Shown: in pieces, positions 36,521-47,664 of the stretch
How positions within the stretch are numbered: position 1 is the stretch's first letter
How the letters are laid out: every line of letters starts with the position of its first letter
NCBI GenBank assembly: GCA_051362555.1
Contig: CM120648.1
Span: 16,116,587 to 16,180,586, forward strand
From: Lingula anatina
Lineage: Eukaryota > Animalia > Brachiopoda
Direction of reading: 5' to 3'
DNA: 64,000 bases
Program-made: the position numbers and the translations under genes
Notes under the pieces: generated by a model
The model's database searches: none
What the model was told of the DNA's origin: nothing
The model's input: the letters and a program-made list of their open reading frames with translations, nothing else

Positions 36521-36980
36521 CTAATATAAAAAATAAAAACAATATAACAATGACTTTTAATTGACTTCCCGAAAAAAGGCAGCTTTAAGGAACAAAGACT
36601 AGATAAATGTCTAAAAAAATGTTTTTGAAATGACAAAAATAAATAATAAAAAGTTACATCAATTTAATTGAATCCCCGAAAATAAGCAGTCATAATGAAG
36701 AAAGACTCGACTGATACATTCAGTTCACTGTTAGAATGAGGGCACAGGGTTTCCTTGAGAAAAGAAAAGAAGAAGAAAAGAAGCTCAAGAAAAATAAGAA
36801 GAAGAGGTGGATACCACCAAAGATAAGATTGAGGGGTACTTGCTATGCCAACCCCCCCCCCAACCCAGCATCCAGAATACAGTTTAGCCCACCCTCGACG
36901 TTGCAGGTGGTTTCCTCGAATAAAATCTTCACTGAAAGTGGTATAGAGTTTCATGAGACAAAAGAGGCACTGAGGTTTAC

Positions 36981-37124
36981 CTGCATAGTCGTTTGAAAAG
37001 AACATGATAACTTTCAATCCCCAGTTTGATCCCTCTAAGCAGTCCCAGGGGAGTGTCTGGGTCAAGGTCATCGCTGAACTCCATCTTGTTCAGGTTCTTT
37101 ACTGTAATCCAACGGAATATGGCT
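36981..37124 (-). CDS. Hillarin-like exon (AIFRWITVKNLN...DTPLGLLRGIKLGIESYHVLFKRLCS)
   Basis: Canonical AG/GT boundaries, 144 bp phase 2-2, splices in frame to terminal exon; hillarin signature peptide. Confidence 0.85.
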
Positions 37125-37502
37125 CTGAAAGCGTGTAACATTTTTAGATATTAAATTAAATTATTAAAATTATATTAAAAAATTAAAACAAACGTGCGCC
37201 TTGTTGGTTTAGACAGCTCAAAAAACAGATTAAAGAAATGTTAAAATCAATGATGTTGCATCTGCCCTAAGAATTTCACTAAGTAGTATATGAGATAAAA
37301 TAGGCAAATGATCTTCAAAAAATCAGTCATTTTTCTAATATGCAATTGCAATCATGCTCAGTGTGTGTTTGTTCGGGGAAATAATTAATAAATAAGATAA
37401 AATTAAAATTAATTAAAATCAAAATAAATAAAATCAAATAAAACAGATATCAGAATTCAATGCTGACCTTGAGTAATGTTAAATAATAAGAATGACTCGC
37501 AC

Positions 37503-37586
37503 CTTGCTTTTTCTAATTCGTTACAGTTAATTGGTTAGGTTCCTTACAAGGTCTGTAAATGTTGTCAAATCGTCGGATTTCGCAAC
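37503..37586 (-). CDS. Hillarin-like exon with apparent 1-bp frameshift (VAKSDDLTTFTDLVRNLTN / NCNELEKAR)
   Basis: AG/GT boundaries; start and end frames both resemble hillarin but differ by one base. Confidence 0.6.
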
Positions 37587-37934
37587 CTTTAATAACAATT
37601 GTAAAAAAGTCTTAGTCATACCCTGCTTGAAGAAGGAGTACAACCTGTCCTCACGAAATCAAGAAGCGTGATTAAGGTAAAATTGCACCAATGATAAAAA
37701 TCCATTGGAAAATTTGAATATCGTCTCTCCATAATAAAACCCACTGTATTTATTTATTTATCTATTTATTGCAAGGGAATATGCAAATGTTTTACCATTA
37801 AAATTAATAAGGAATGCTAGTCACTCTCGTCCTAGAGATGGAAGCTGCAGTATTCACTCGTAACTGTGACAAAAGAACATGAAAGTCACAAAGGTGGCTA
37901 TAATTTCCAGGTGCAGACGTCTCACTCAATAACA

Positions 37935-39120
37935 TTTGGTCTGGTGATGAATCTTGGCGGGTTTTTAATTTAAATTGGAGCCATCATAGCGGTTATAAAT
38001 GTCATTGGAGATATATGCACAAAGCCACATTTCTCGTTTGCGACGCCAAAGTCAAGGTGTTTTTAATAAGAAGTGTGTTGCCGCATTTCATAGTTATGAA
38101 ACAATGCAATGATTTTGGGCTTATTCAAATTTTCGCTTTCTTAATTCATTTTAATTCAGTTTGCCAGTACGGTTTGTCAGTGTTTAAAATTCTTTCTCAA
38201 TGGAACAATTATTTTTAATTTGTTTACTGAACTTGTGTTTCTACAGCTGACGACGTAACAACGTCGCGTCTCCCTGGAAGAGCTTTCTGCTGCTGTACAG
38301 AGAATTTGGCTTCAACTTTTTTTAAATTAGTACGTAAAAGGAGCAAAAAATGCTTGGTTTCACAGCCTCCTGTCCTGGATAGAAACCCCCCTTACCCCCC
38401 AGCCCCCCTCACCCACCCACCCTCGTCGATCTCATTAGGTATTCAGTTGGCGGACAGAGAATTCTTGGCCTTGGTAGGGAGCCCAAACAGAAAATATTTA
38501 TTTTAAACCCCCCCCCCCCTCCACTTGCTCACATTGATCTGGTGGTGAATCTTGACGGGTTTTTATAATAATAGAAGCCACTGCGTTTCGTAACGGTCAT
38601 TAATTTCATTGGTGATGTCTGCACAAAGCCACATTTCCCGTTTGCGACGGAAGCGTCAAGGCGTTTTTAATAAGAAGTGTAGTGCCGCATAGTGAAACAT
38701 TGCATTGATTTTGGGCTTATTAAATATTTCGCTTTCTTTATTCATTTTAATTCATTTCCAAAATCGAGTCTCCCAGTACGATTTTCAGTGTGTAAAGTTT
38801 TGTCTCAACGGAACGATTCTTTTTAATTTGTTTACTGAACTTGTTTTTCTACTGCTGACGAGGTGACAACGCACTCTCTCCCTGCTTTCTGCTGCTGTAC
38901 AGAGAATTTGGGTTCAACTTTTTTTCTGAACTTTGGTGCGTAAACGAAGCCAAACATGTTTGGTCTCTTGTCCTGGATAGAAAAACCCTCCTCCCCCCCC
39001 CCCTCCTCCCTCCCCCTCTCGTCGCTCAAATGGGTTACTCAGCCGGTGTAGGCCTACTGAGAATTCTTAGCCTGGGTATTAAGCCCAAACAGAACATATT
39101 TTATCTCAACCCTCCCCCCC
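37935..39120. repeat. Imperfect ~600-bp tandem duplication
   Basis: tctggtg.tgaatcttg.cgggtttt at ~37940 and ~38538; shared gcacaaagccacattt, tttactgaacttg, gtcctggatagaaa. Confidence 0.8.
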
Positions 39121-41127
39121 CCCATCTCCCACCCTGTGTAGATTACACCTCACCCCAGCACCCCCCCCCCCCACCACCCACCCACCCCACCATATATCCT
39201 CTGATATTACAACCCCATTAAAACACTGTACAGAATCACACTCTAGGGTTTTCAACATTTTTGTACCAGCCTACTAGCGCCCCCTGTGGCTAGAGAGTAC
39301 CAAACACACCGTTTGTGAAGGCTTGGTAGTATGACAGGCAAGGGCAGGGGTGGATCCCGAGATATTTTCTGGTAGTCTTCCAAATTATCTTTGTTGAACC
39401 ATCTTTAATTTTTGACCGTCTTCAGATAGTCCGCGGATGTAAAACCGACCCCTCCCCCTTCTCCCCTTGGCGTGGGGCCCAGGGCCCACTAAAATGTCCC
39501 GAAAAATGTTGGTATTGGTACTGTTTATAAGTATGATTCAGCTAGTCAAAATTCTAATTTCAAGAGGGGAGCATTGGTGTGACATTTTTTATTTATTTTT
39601 TTCATAGAAATTGAAGGGAGGTCAGGACCCCATTGACCCCCACCCACCCGCTCTAAAACCACTGCGTGTGATATCTGGACTACGTGTGACCCCACTGCGC
39701 ATAGACTAATGGAGCTAAATTCTCAAAACAACGATTTTTCAAATGGACTCATTGTTATTTCTTCCAAAGCAACAAAATAAGACACGTCTGGCTGCTTTCC
39801 TCCAGAAGGCATGTGTTATAGAGTTAGACAAATATTATTTGCTCCTGCATCACACAGCGATCGACTTTCATCCTTTTTAAAGGTCAAACTTTATTATCTA
39901 CCCTGGCAACCCACGAAGCGTTAGATCAATAAATAGAATTCAAATAAAATTACTGATCAATAAAAATAAGAATATCAATAGATATTTAAATAATCAAGAT
40001 AAAATAGATTTATTTAAATCAGTCAACGTTGACACTTGTATACCGTTCTGTATGTTCTATTTCATCTTGGCATCTGCACAGGTTCATTCACTAATGTAGG
40101 CGTTTTGAGGTAGGAAGAGTCTAAAAGAAACATATTTTGTTTTTTTCTTTTAGTTAAGGATACTGTTAGCTTTTGCCAAAACTCCTCATCAACTGCATCA
40201 CATACATTCGTTTGGATAATAGATAAATCTTCAGTGGTCAGTGACTAAATTAATTAACATTTATACGTATGTTATCTTACGAGTGAGGTCATAATTGCGG
40301 CTTTGTGGTAAAATATTGAAAGATTGGTTTCGCAAATTTCTCCTTTACCTGAGAACCTACGAACACCGCTTCAACGCCAATTTAATTTATTTAACCATTT
40401 AGTACTCCAAAATCCTGCCATAGATTCGTCTTAAAAGTCTCCGTTCAGATTTGATCGTTGATAAAGCAAAATAATGTCTTTGTTTAATTTTAAAAAATCT
40501 GTTTTTAGGGATGAAGTTACGCCCCACACCGATAGATTGTTTTTTGGAGGGTTTTTTTTTTATTGTTTTAAATCAAAACAAAGATAAGTGCATTGTTGAA
40601 TAATAAGATGCAGGAAAAAAACTACATTTCGGCATCTGGATGATAAAAAAGGCTTAGAATACCCTGTGGTTAAGTGAATGGCGAAAATTCATATAATCCA
40701 AACGCATTCAAATAAATATGTAAATAAATAAATAAATAAAGCCATACAATACTGACCTCGATCGCTATGGGATTAGCCCTGCGAATGTGGTTATTGTAAA
40801 TTCTAATCAACACTGTTTCTAAGAAGCACTGCATAACAAGTAGGGAGAGTTTACCATTTATGAGTCCCACAAGGTGGAAACATAGTGTCTATGAAGAAAT
40901 ACAAAACGAAACTTTGTGAACCAGTCAATTAATTATCCTGCTTACTTAACCGGCCTTGTGGAGATGCAAATAAATACATAAATAAATAAATAAATAAATG
41001 AAATAAATAAATGAAATAAAATAAAATAATAAACGAATAAAAATTAAACACATAAATACTACACTATTACCGAATACAGTCATAATGAATAAAATAAGAA
41101 TTTCACGTTAGAAATAGCTAAAATAAG

Positions 41128-41129
<2 letters not shown>

Positions 41130-41181
<52 letters not shown>
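41130..41181. repeat. (AT)n microsatellite
   Basis: Direct reading. Confidence 0.95.
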
Positions 41182-41182
<1 letters not shown>

Positions 41183-41348
41183 TTTAAACTTCATCAATTT
41201 GAGATAAATGGGCATAAACATCCTGTGAAAAAATACAAATACACATGCATATTATGTGCCCACGACTTGAATTTCACCACTGTCACAATTTCCTCCTCAG
41301 CTTCTATTGCAACAGCTGTATTCAGTTTGATAGCACTAGCAGACTTAC

Positions 41349-41471
41349 CTCTGGGATATTCAAACTATGGAGCCGGAAACTCTCCGAGGTGACTCAAACT
41401 GTTCGTAAAATCAAGCGAGATTTCGCTGTATCTAGAGTAGGTTTGGGGTATAGATAATGGCAGCTTTATAA
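41349..41471 (-). promoter_or_regulatory. Possible TATA box and non-coding first exon of the hillarin-like gene
   Basis: Minus strand tataaag at ~41470-41464 and strong donor gag|GTAAGT at 41348. Confidence 0.3.
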
Positions 41472-41777
41472 TACGTAAACGCTTTTAATACGTAGGGGAC
41501 AGTTTATTATTTTTTTCTTTTCAATTGTCTTTCAAAAGTATATTTCATTAAATTTTCAAACATTTTATTAGTCAGGAAATCTAGACCGACCCCCCCCCCC
41601 TTGTATAACTCAAAAAGGGGGTGAAGTCCCAAGAAGATGGTAGCTCTACGTTGAGTTGAGGGGGGGGGGGGGACAAGTTGGCACCCTATACGAACATGAA
41701 GTATCCCATGTAAACACCTTGAAATACACGTTTATTTATTAAGTTGATTTTTGAGAGTCATTGATGAATAAATATTT

Positions 41778-41920
41778 AGACCCCAGCTCAGCCAAAAATC
41801 ATACCAGCTCACAGAGTTAGTCTGAAGTCCATGAGTGAAAAATACTGTCATCTTAGAGGAGAAAAAAAATTAGAGTTGCCAGGAGATAGAATGCCTGGAA
41901 GAAAAAAGGCCAGAAAATGT
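41778..41920 (+). pseudogene. Internally deleted first unit of array 2 (about 2 kb of ORF removed)
   Basis: ...ggccagaaaatg joined directly to tggggttaattttac (3' flank of ORF), tg microhomology. Confidence 0.85.
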
Positions 41921-42020
41921 GGGGTTAATTTTACTTAAAAGTTGGGGTTAACTTTCGCGGTCACACTTAAAAGTTGGGGTTAACTTTCACAGCAGTCACA
42001 CTTAAAAGTTGGGGTTAAAG

Positions 42021-42256
42021 TTAGGGTTAGGGTTAGACTTAGGGTTAGGGTTAGGGTTAAAGTTAGGGTTAGGGTTAGGGTTAAAGTTAGGGTTAGGGTT
42101 AGGGTTAGGGTTAAAGTTAGGGTTAGGGTTAGAGGGTTAGACTTAGGGATAGGGTTAGACTTAGGGTTAGACTTAGGGTTAGGGTTAAAGTTAGGGTTAG
42201 GGTTAGACTTAGGGTTAAAGTTAGGGTTAGGGTTAGACTTAGGGTTAGGGTTAGGG
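42021..42256 (+). repeat. Degenerate (TTAGGG)n tract
   Basis: Direct reading. Confidence 0.95.
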
Positions 42257-43748
42257 TTTGAGCTAGTTTTAAAAATGGGATAAATATTCTCCTACCGGCA
42301 GCTCTCTATCTTGTTAGTAAACAAACCACTGCACTGCTGACATTTAGGAGTTCCCTGCACCAGAGGCCCCACACTGCAACACAACTATCCTTGGTCCTGG
42401 AAAAAAAATATGCAGTATTTAACATCCTAGCCTGCTAGTTGGCACCAAAATTAACTCTAACAAAACAGGAAAAATGTCAGAAACAAAGAGGAAAAAATGA
42501 AATACAATTTTTATACACTGTATTTTAGCAGAACTACATTTTGTCTGTCCTATACATGTCGTATTCTGTCATTGTAATGACCTATTTTTAGGGTTACACT
42601 TGCCACACAAGGGTAGAAACCACCAAATAATTTCCCTTTGACAACTATACAAAGAAATGCCTGCAAAACTGCATGAATAAAAACATTTCCCATCCCCATG
42701 GACGGCAGACACACTGACATAACTCCCAATGGCACAAAAATATACTGTCACCAGACATTATTTCTTACCGGCATTACTTGAACATGTGACCCTTCTGTTT
42801 GTAAGCAAACCACTGCACTGCTCACATGTAGTAGCTCCCTCCGCCAGAGGTCTCACGACTGCACCACAACTATGCCTGGTCCTGAAAAAAAAACTGGCAG
42901 TAGTTTACACCCTGGCCTGCTAGTTGATCCCAAATTTAACCCTAGCAACACACAAGAAATACCAGGAAAAAAAATGAAAAAAAGCACTATTTTTATCTGA
43001 ATGAACTATATTCGTCTATAACAGATGCTAATTGGCTGATTTATCAGTTTCCGCCCAGAACCAGAAACCAAAAATAACAAAATGACAATCCACCTACATA
43101 TCCGGTTTAAAGTAGTGCTCAAACTTAATCAATCTTTATGAAATATTCACCAAAAACTCAACAGCAATCCTGAAACATATCTGGAAAATTTGGTGCCTGT
43201 TGTAACATTACTTATTGATATATTGCAGAATAAAAACATAGTCCAATTTACTGTGTTACACCTGTAAATTACAACAAAAATGAGAGTAATTATGGTATAT
43301 GAAGACCTGTGATTTTATGAAAAAGCTATATATCACTTCCAATTTTTTTACATGAACAACTTGTTCCTTTAGCTAATCAAAAAAAATATTTCCACACACA
43401 TTTACCTACTATGACCATTTTATGGAAAGTTTTAAGCTCCCCACCCCCCTAAATACATAGATAAATGGATAAAAATGCTGATGCATTATTCCAAACATCT
43501 AAGACCTAAAACCAACATTGCATACAAAAGACAAGGTGTCACTTCCTCATATGGAAAAAAAATTCCCAGGTTTACATCTGTGTAAACACTTTCCCTGGGG
43601 AGTTGAAATCAGTAGGGGCTCTGGGCCAGGTGGCTAGGGACAGGGAGCTAACACAAACATCCTGCTGCCTGGCCTCCTGCTGCCCTGTATAAAAGAGACC
43701 CCAGCTCAGCCAAAAATCATACCAGCTCACAGAGTTAGTCTGAAGTCC

Positions 43749-45824
43749 ATGAGTGAAAAATACTGTCATCTTAGAGGAGAAAAAAAATTAGAGTTGCCAG
43801 GAGACAGAATGCCTGGAAGAAAAAAGGCCAGAAAATGGTATTTTAAGCCAGGCAATACCTATGGGTCTCAGTACTGGCAAGGTGTCAGTGAAAAAAAAGC
43901 AGACCAGAGGAAAGAAGAAAGTCACCCCTTTACCAGACTGAGTGCTACTCAGTATGAAGACCTTGTGACAGTGAGGAGAGATGGCACTCTCAGCCTCCAT
44001 GATGTTGATGGAAATCCTGCTCCAGTGAGGTTGCGGAGACCAGTAAAACCAAAGGCCACAGTCCAGCAGCCTGAGTCTGATGGCAAGCCACCAGTCAGTG
44101 ATGATGTCTACAAGCTACACCATCAGGGGAAGCTGCTGCAGTTTTTTAATGACTGCTTTCAAGAGCATGCAGAGACCAGTGCTGGTTGTGATGGCAGACT
44201 TGTCTTCGACCCAAACAAAGAGGAGAAGCGAGGACTGTGTTGGAAGGAGGAAATGAAGTGTGAGAAATGCAGCTATCACTCTAAAAAGACAAAACTGTAC
44301 ACAGAGGTGACAAGAGAAGGACCAGGGTGCAAGGCAGCAGTACCTAATGTAGCCATACAAGTTGGACTGTCCCAGACAATGATATCAAATGTTGCATGCC
44401 AGCGAATTTTGATGTCAGCTCACATCCCTGTACCAGCAACAAGTGGGATGCAGAAACATACAAACAGTGTGCATGACAAGATAGTGGAAGCCAACAGAGG
44501 TGACATGGCCAGAAGGCGGGCTCAGCTGCATGAGAACAACCAAGTAATGGGCCTCCCCAGAGACGCACCCATCAGAGTAGAGGGAGATGGACGTTATAAT
44601 AACCCCCTGTATTCAGGTGCAGGGAAAACTCCCTTCCAGGCAGGCACACAGGCAGTGTATACAGTAGTTGAAAATCAAACTAAGAGCAAACAGGTGATTG
44701 CTGTGGCAACAAAAAATAAACTCTGTACTACAGCACAAAGACTGAGAAACAAGGGGCAGCGTGTGACATGTCCAGATCACCATGGCCACTGCTCTGCTTC
44801 AGCACCTCCTAACTCCAGCATTGGCGATGAAGCTGACCTAGCCCAGGCATGTGTGTTGGAAATGCAGCAGGACAACGAGCCAACACGTGTGAAGTACTGC
44901 ATTCTGGATGGTGATTCACGTGCACTGAAGGGTTTCCAACCTACCTCAGAGACATCAACAAGTGATACATGTACCCCTCCGCTTCTACTAAAAGACACCC
45001 GTCACCTCAGTCTTGGACAGAAACGTGCACTGGCCAAAGTATCCTGGAGTTCTGGGATGTTTCCTAGACATCTGAAAATAGAGAAAGAAAAACTGATAAA
45101 CAGATTCAATGAGGATGTTAAGCGTCAGTGTGCTATGACATTGTCACTGTGTTATGATGCATGTGCTGGAGATGTGAACAAGATGATAAAAAAACTGAAC
45201 TATGCCACTGATGCCATGATTGACTGTTACAATGGAAACCATGACTTATGCAAAAGAGGCAAGTCCTTCACATGTCAGGGCACAAAAAGACACCATTGGA
45301 ACAAGCCCATGCTACCAGAAGGCTACAGGCTACATATGACTGATGAGGATAAAGATAAATTAAGACAATGTATTGGTTACAAATTGGACAGAAATGCAGT
45401 GCTCTCTCAGCAATTTAATAGTAACAGTCAAAAAGCAGAAGCAGTTAACCGCACCTATACATCAACAAACCCAAAATGTGTCACCATGACAAGGAATTTC
45501 AGTGGCAGGATACACAGTGCTGTCCACAAGGTGAACAATGGACCAGGTCAGTCTACAGTGCAGCTACTGGAACATGTTGGAGCCAGCCTTCCACACAATT
45601 CCCATGTTCGATGCCAGCTGAAAAGTGAAGATGCACAAGTGAAAAAGAGAAAAGACTCTAAAAAGACTATTAAAAGCAAGCAAAACAGAATAAAAACTGT
45701 TCTAAGAAACTATCAAATGTATGACTCTAGACCAGAAAAAGTTGTGTACAAAAAAGGCATGCATGACAAGCTGCCACAGAAATCCATTAGATGCCCTCCA
45801 GATCATAATTATAATAAAAAATAA
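43749..45824 (+). CDS. DDE transposase, 691 aa, first ATG in frame and no frameshift
   Basis: ORF MSEKYCH...DHNYNKK; A8 run keeps the upstream ATG in frame; in-frame 6-bp insertion (DTCTPP). Confidence 0.8.
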   Translation: MSEKYCHLRGEKKLELPGDRMPGRKKARKWYFKPGNTYGSQYWQGVSEKKADQRKEESHPFTRLSATQYEDLVTVRRDGTLSLHDVDGNPAPVRLRRPVKPKATVQQPESDGKPPVSDDVYKLHHQGKLLQFFNDCFQEHAETSAGCDGRLVFDPNKEEKRGLCWKEEMKCEKCSYHSKKTKLYTEVTREGPGCKAAVPNVAIQVGLSQTMISNVACQRILMSAHIPVPATSGMQKHTNSVHDKIVEANRGDMARRRAQLHENNQVMGLPRDAPIRVEGDGRYNNPLYSGAGKTPFQAGTQAVYTVVENQTKSKQVIAVATKNKLCTTAQRLRNKGQRVTCPDHHGHCSASAPPNSSIGDEADLAQACVLEMQQDNEPTRVKYCILDGDSRALKGFQPTSETSTSDTCTPPLLLKDTRHLSLGQKRALAKVSWSSGMFPRHLKIEKEKLINRFNEDVKRQCAMTLSLCYDACAGDVNKMIKKLNYATDAMIDCYNGNHDLCKRGKSFTCQGTKRHHWNKPMLPEGYRLHMTDEDKDKLRQCIGYKLDRNAVLSQQFNSNSQKAEAVNRTYTSTNPKCVTMTRNFSGRIHSAVHKVNNGPGQSTVQLLEHVGASLPHNSHVRCQLKSEDAQVKKRKDSKKTIKSKQNRIKTVLRNYQMYDSRPEKVVYKKGMHDKLPQKSIRCPPDHNYNKK

Positions 45825-45972
45825 TAATTTTATATAAACAACGTGGTTTGTTATTTATTTATTAAATTGTGTGGGGTTAATTTTACTTAAAATTTGGGGT
45901 TAACTTTCGCGGTCACACTTAAAAGTTGGGGTTAACTTTCACAGCAGTCACACTTAAAAGTTGGGGTTAAAG

Positions 45973-46172
45973 TTAGGGTTAGGGTTAGACTTAGGGTTAG
46001 GGTTAGGGTTAGGGTTAGGGTTAGGGTTAAAGTTAGGGTTAGGGTTAGAGGGTTAGACTTAGGGTTAGGGTTAGACTTAGGGTTAGACTTAGGGTTAGGG
46101 TTAAAGTTAGGGTTAGGGTTAGACTTAGGGTTAAAGTTAGGGTTAGGGTTAGACTTAGGGTTAGGGTTAGGG
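45973..46172 (+). repeat. Degenerate (TTAGGG)n tract
   Basis: Direct reading. Confidence 0.95.
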
Positions 46173-47664
46173 TTTGAGCTAGTTTTAAAAATGGGATAAA
46201 TATTCTCCTACCGGCAGCTCTCTATCTTGTTAGTAAACAAACCACTGCACTGCTGACATTTAGGAGTTCCCTGCACCAGAGGTCACACACTGCAACACAA
46301 CTATCCTTGGTCCTGGAAAAAAAATATGCAGTATTTAACATCCTAGCCTGCTAGTTGGCACCAAAATTAACTCTAACAAAACAGGAAAAATGTCAGAAAC
46401 AAAGAGGAAAAAATGAAATACAATTTTTATACACTGTATTTTAGCAGAACTACATTTTGTCTGTCCTATACATGTCGTATTCTGTCATTGTAATGACCTA
46501 TTTTTAGGGTTACACTTGCCACACAAGGGTAGAAACCACCAAATAATTTCCCTTTGACAACTATACAAAGAAATGCCTGCAAAACTGCATGAATAAAAAC
46601 ATTTCCCATCCCCATGGACGGCAGACACACTGACATAACTCCCAATGGCACAAAAATATACTGTCACCAGACATTATTTCTTACCGGCATTACTTGAACA
46701 TGTGACCCTTCTGTTTGTAAGCAAACCACTGCACTGCTCACATGTAGTAGCTCCCTCCGCCAGAGGTCTCACGACTGCACCACAACTATGCCTGGTCCTG
46801 AAAAAAAAACTGGCAGTAGTTTACACCCTGGCCTGCTAGTTGATCCCAAATTTAACCCTAGCAACACACAAGAAATACCAGGAAAAAAAATGAAAAAAAG
46901 CACTATTTTTATCTGAATGAACTATATTCGTCTATAACAGATGCTAATTGGCTGATTTATCAGTTTCCGCCCAGAACCAGAAACCAAAAATAACAAAATG
47001 ACAATCCACCTACATATCCGGTTTAAAGTAGTGCTCAAACTTAATCAATCTTTATGAAATATTCACCAAAAACTCAACAGCAATCCTAAAACATATCTGG
47101 AAAATTTGGTGCCTGTTGTAACAGTACTTATTGATATATTGCAGAATAAAAACATAGTCCAATTTACTGTGTTACACCTGTAAATTACAACAAAAATGAG
47201 AGTAATTATGGTATATGAAGACCTGTGATTTTATGAAAAAGCTATATATCACTTCCAATTTTTTTACATGAACAACTTGTTCCTTTAGCTAATCAAAAAA
47301 AATATTTCCACACACATTTACCTACTATGACCATTTTATGGAAAGTTTTAAGCTCCCCACCCCCCTAAATACATAGATAAATGGATAAAAATGCTGATGC
47401 ATTATTCCAAACATCTAAGACCTAAAACCAACATTGCATACAAAAGACAAGGTGTCACTTCCTCACATGGAAAAAAAATTCCCAGGTTTACATCTGTGTA
47501 AACACTTTCCCTGGGGAGTTGAAATCAGTAGGGGCTCTGGGCCAGGTGGCTAGGGACAGGGAGCTAACACAAACATCCTGCTGCCTGGCCTCCTGCTGCC
47601 CTGTATAAAAGAGACCCCAGCTCAGCCAAAAATCATACCAGCTCACAGAGTTAGTCTGAAGTCC

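Noticed and set aside
36521-36636. N-terminal part of the 513-aa ORF
   Set aside because: Intron read-through; an acceptor at 36521 joins in frame to the upstream exon.
40044-40120. Upstream coding exon of the hillarin-like gene
   Set aside because: Splice-like boundaries on the minus strand but stops in all three frames; could only be UTR.
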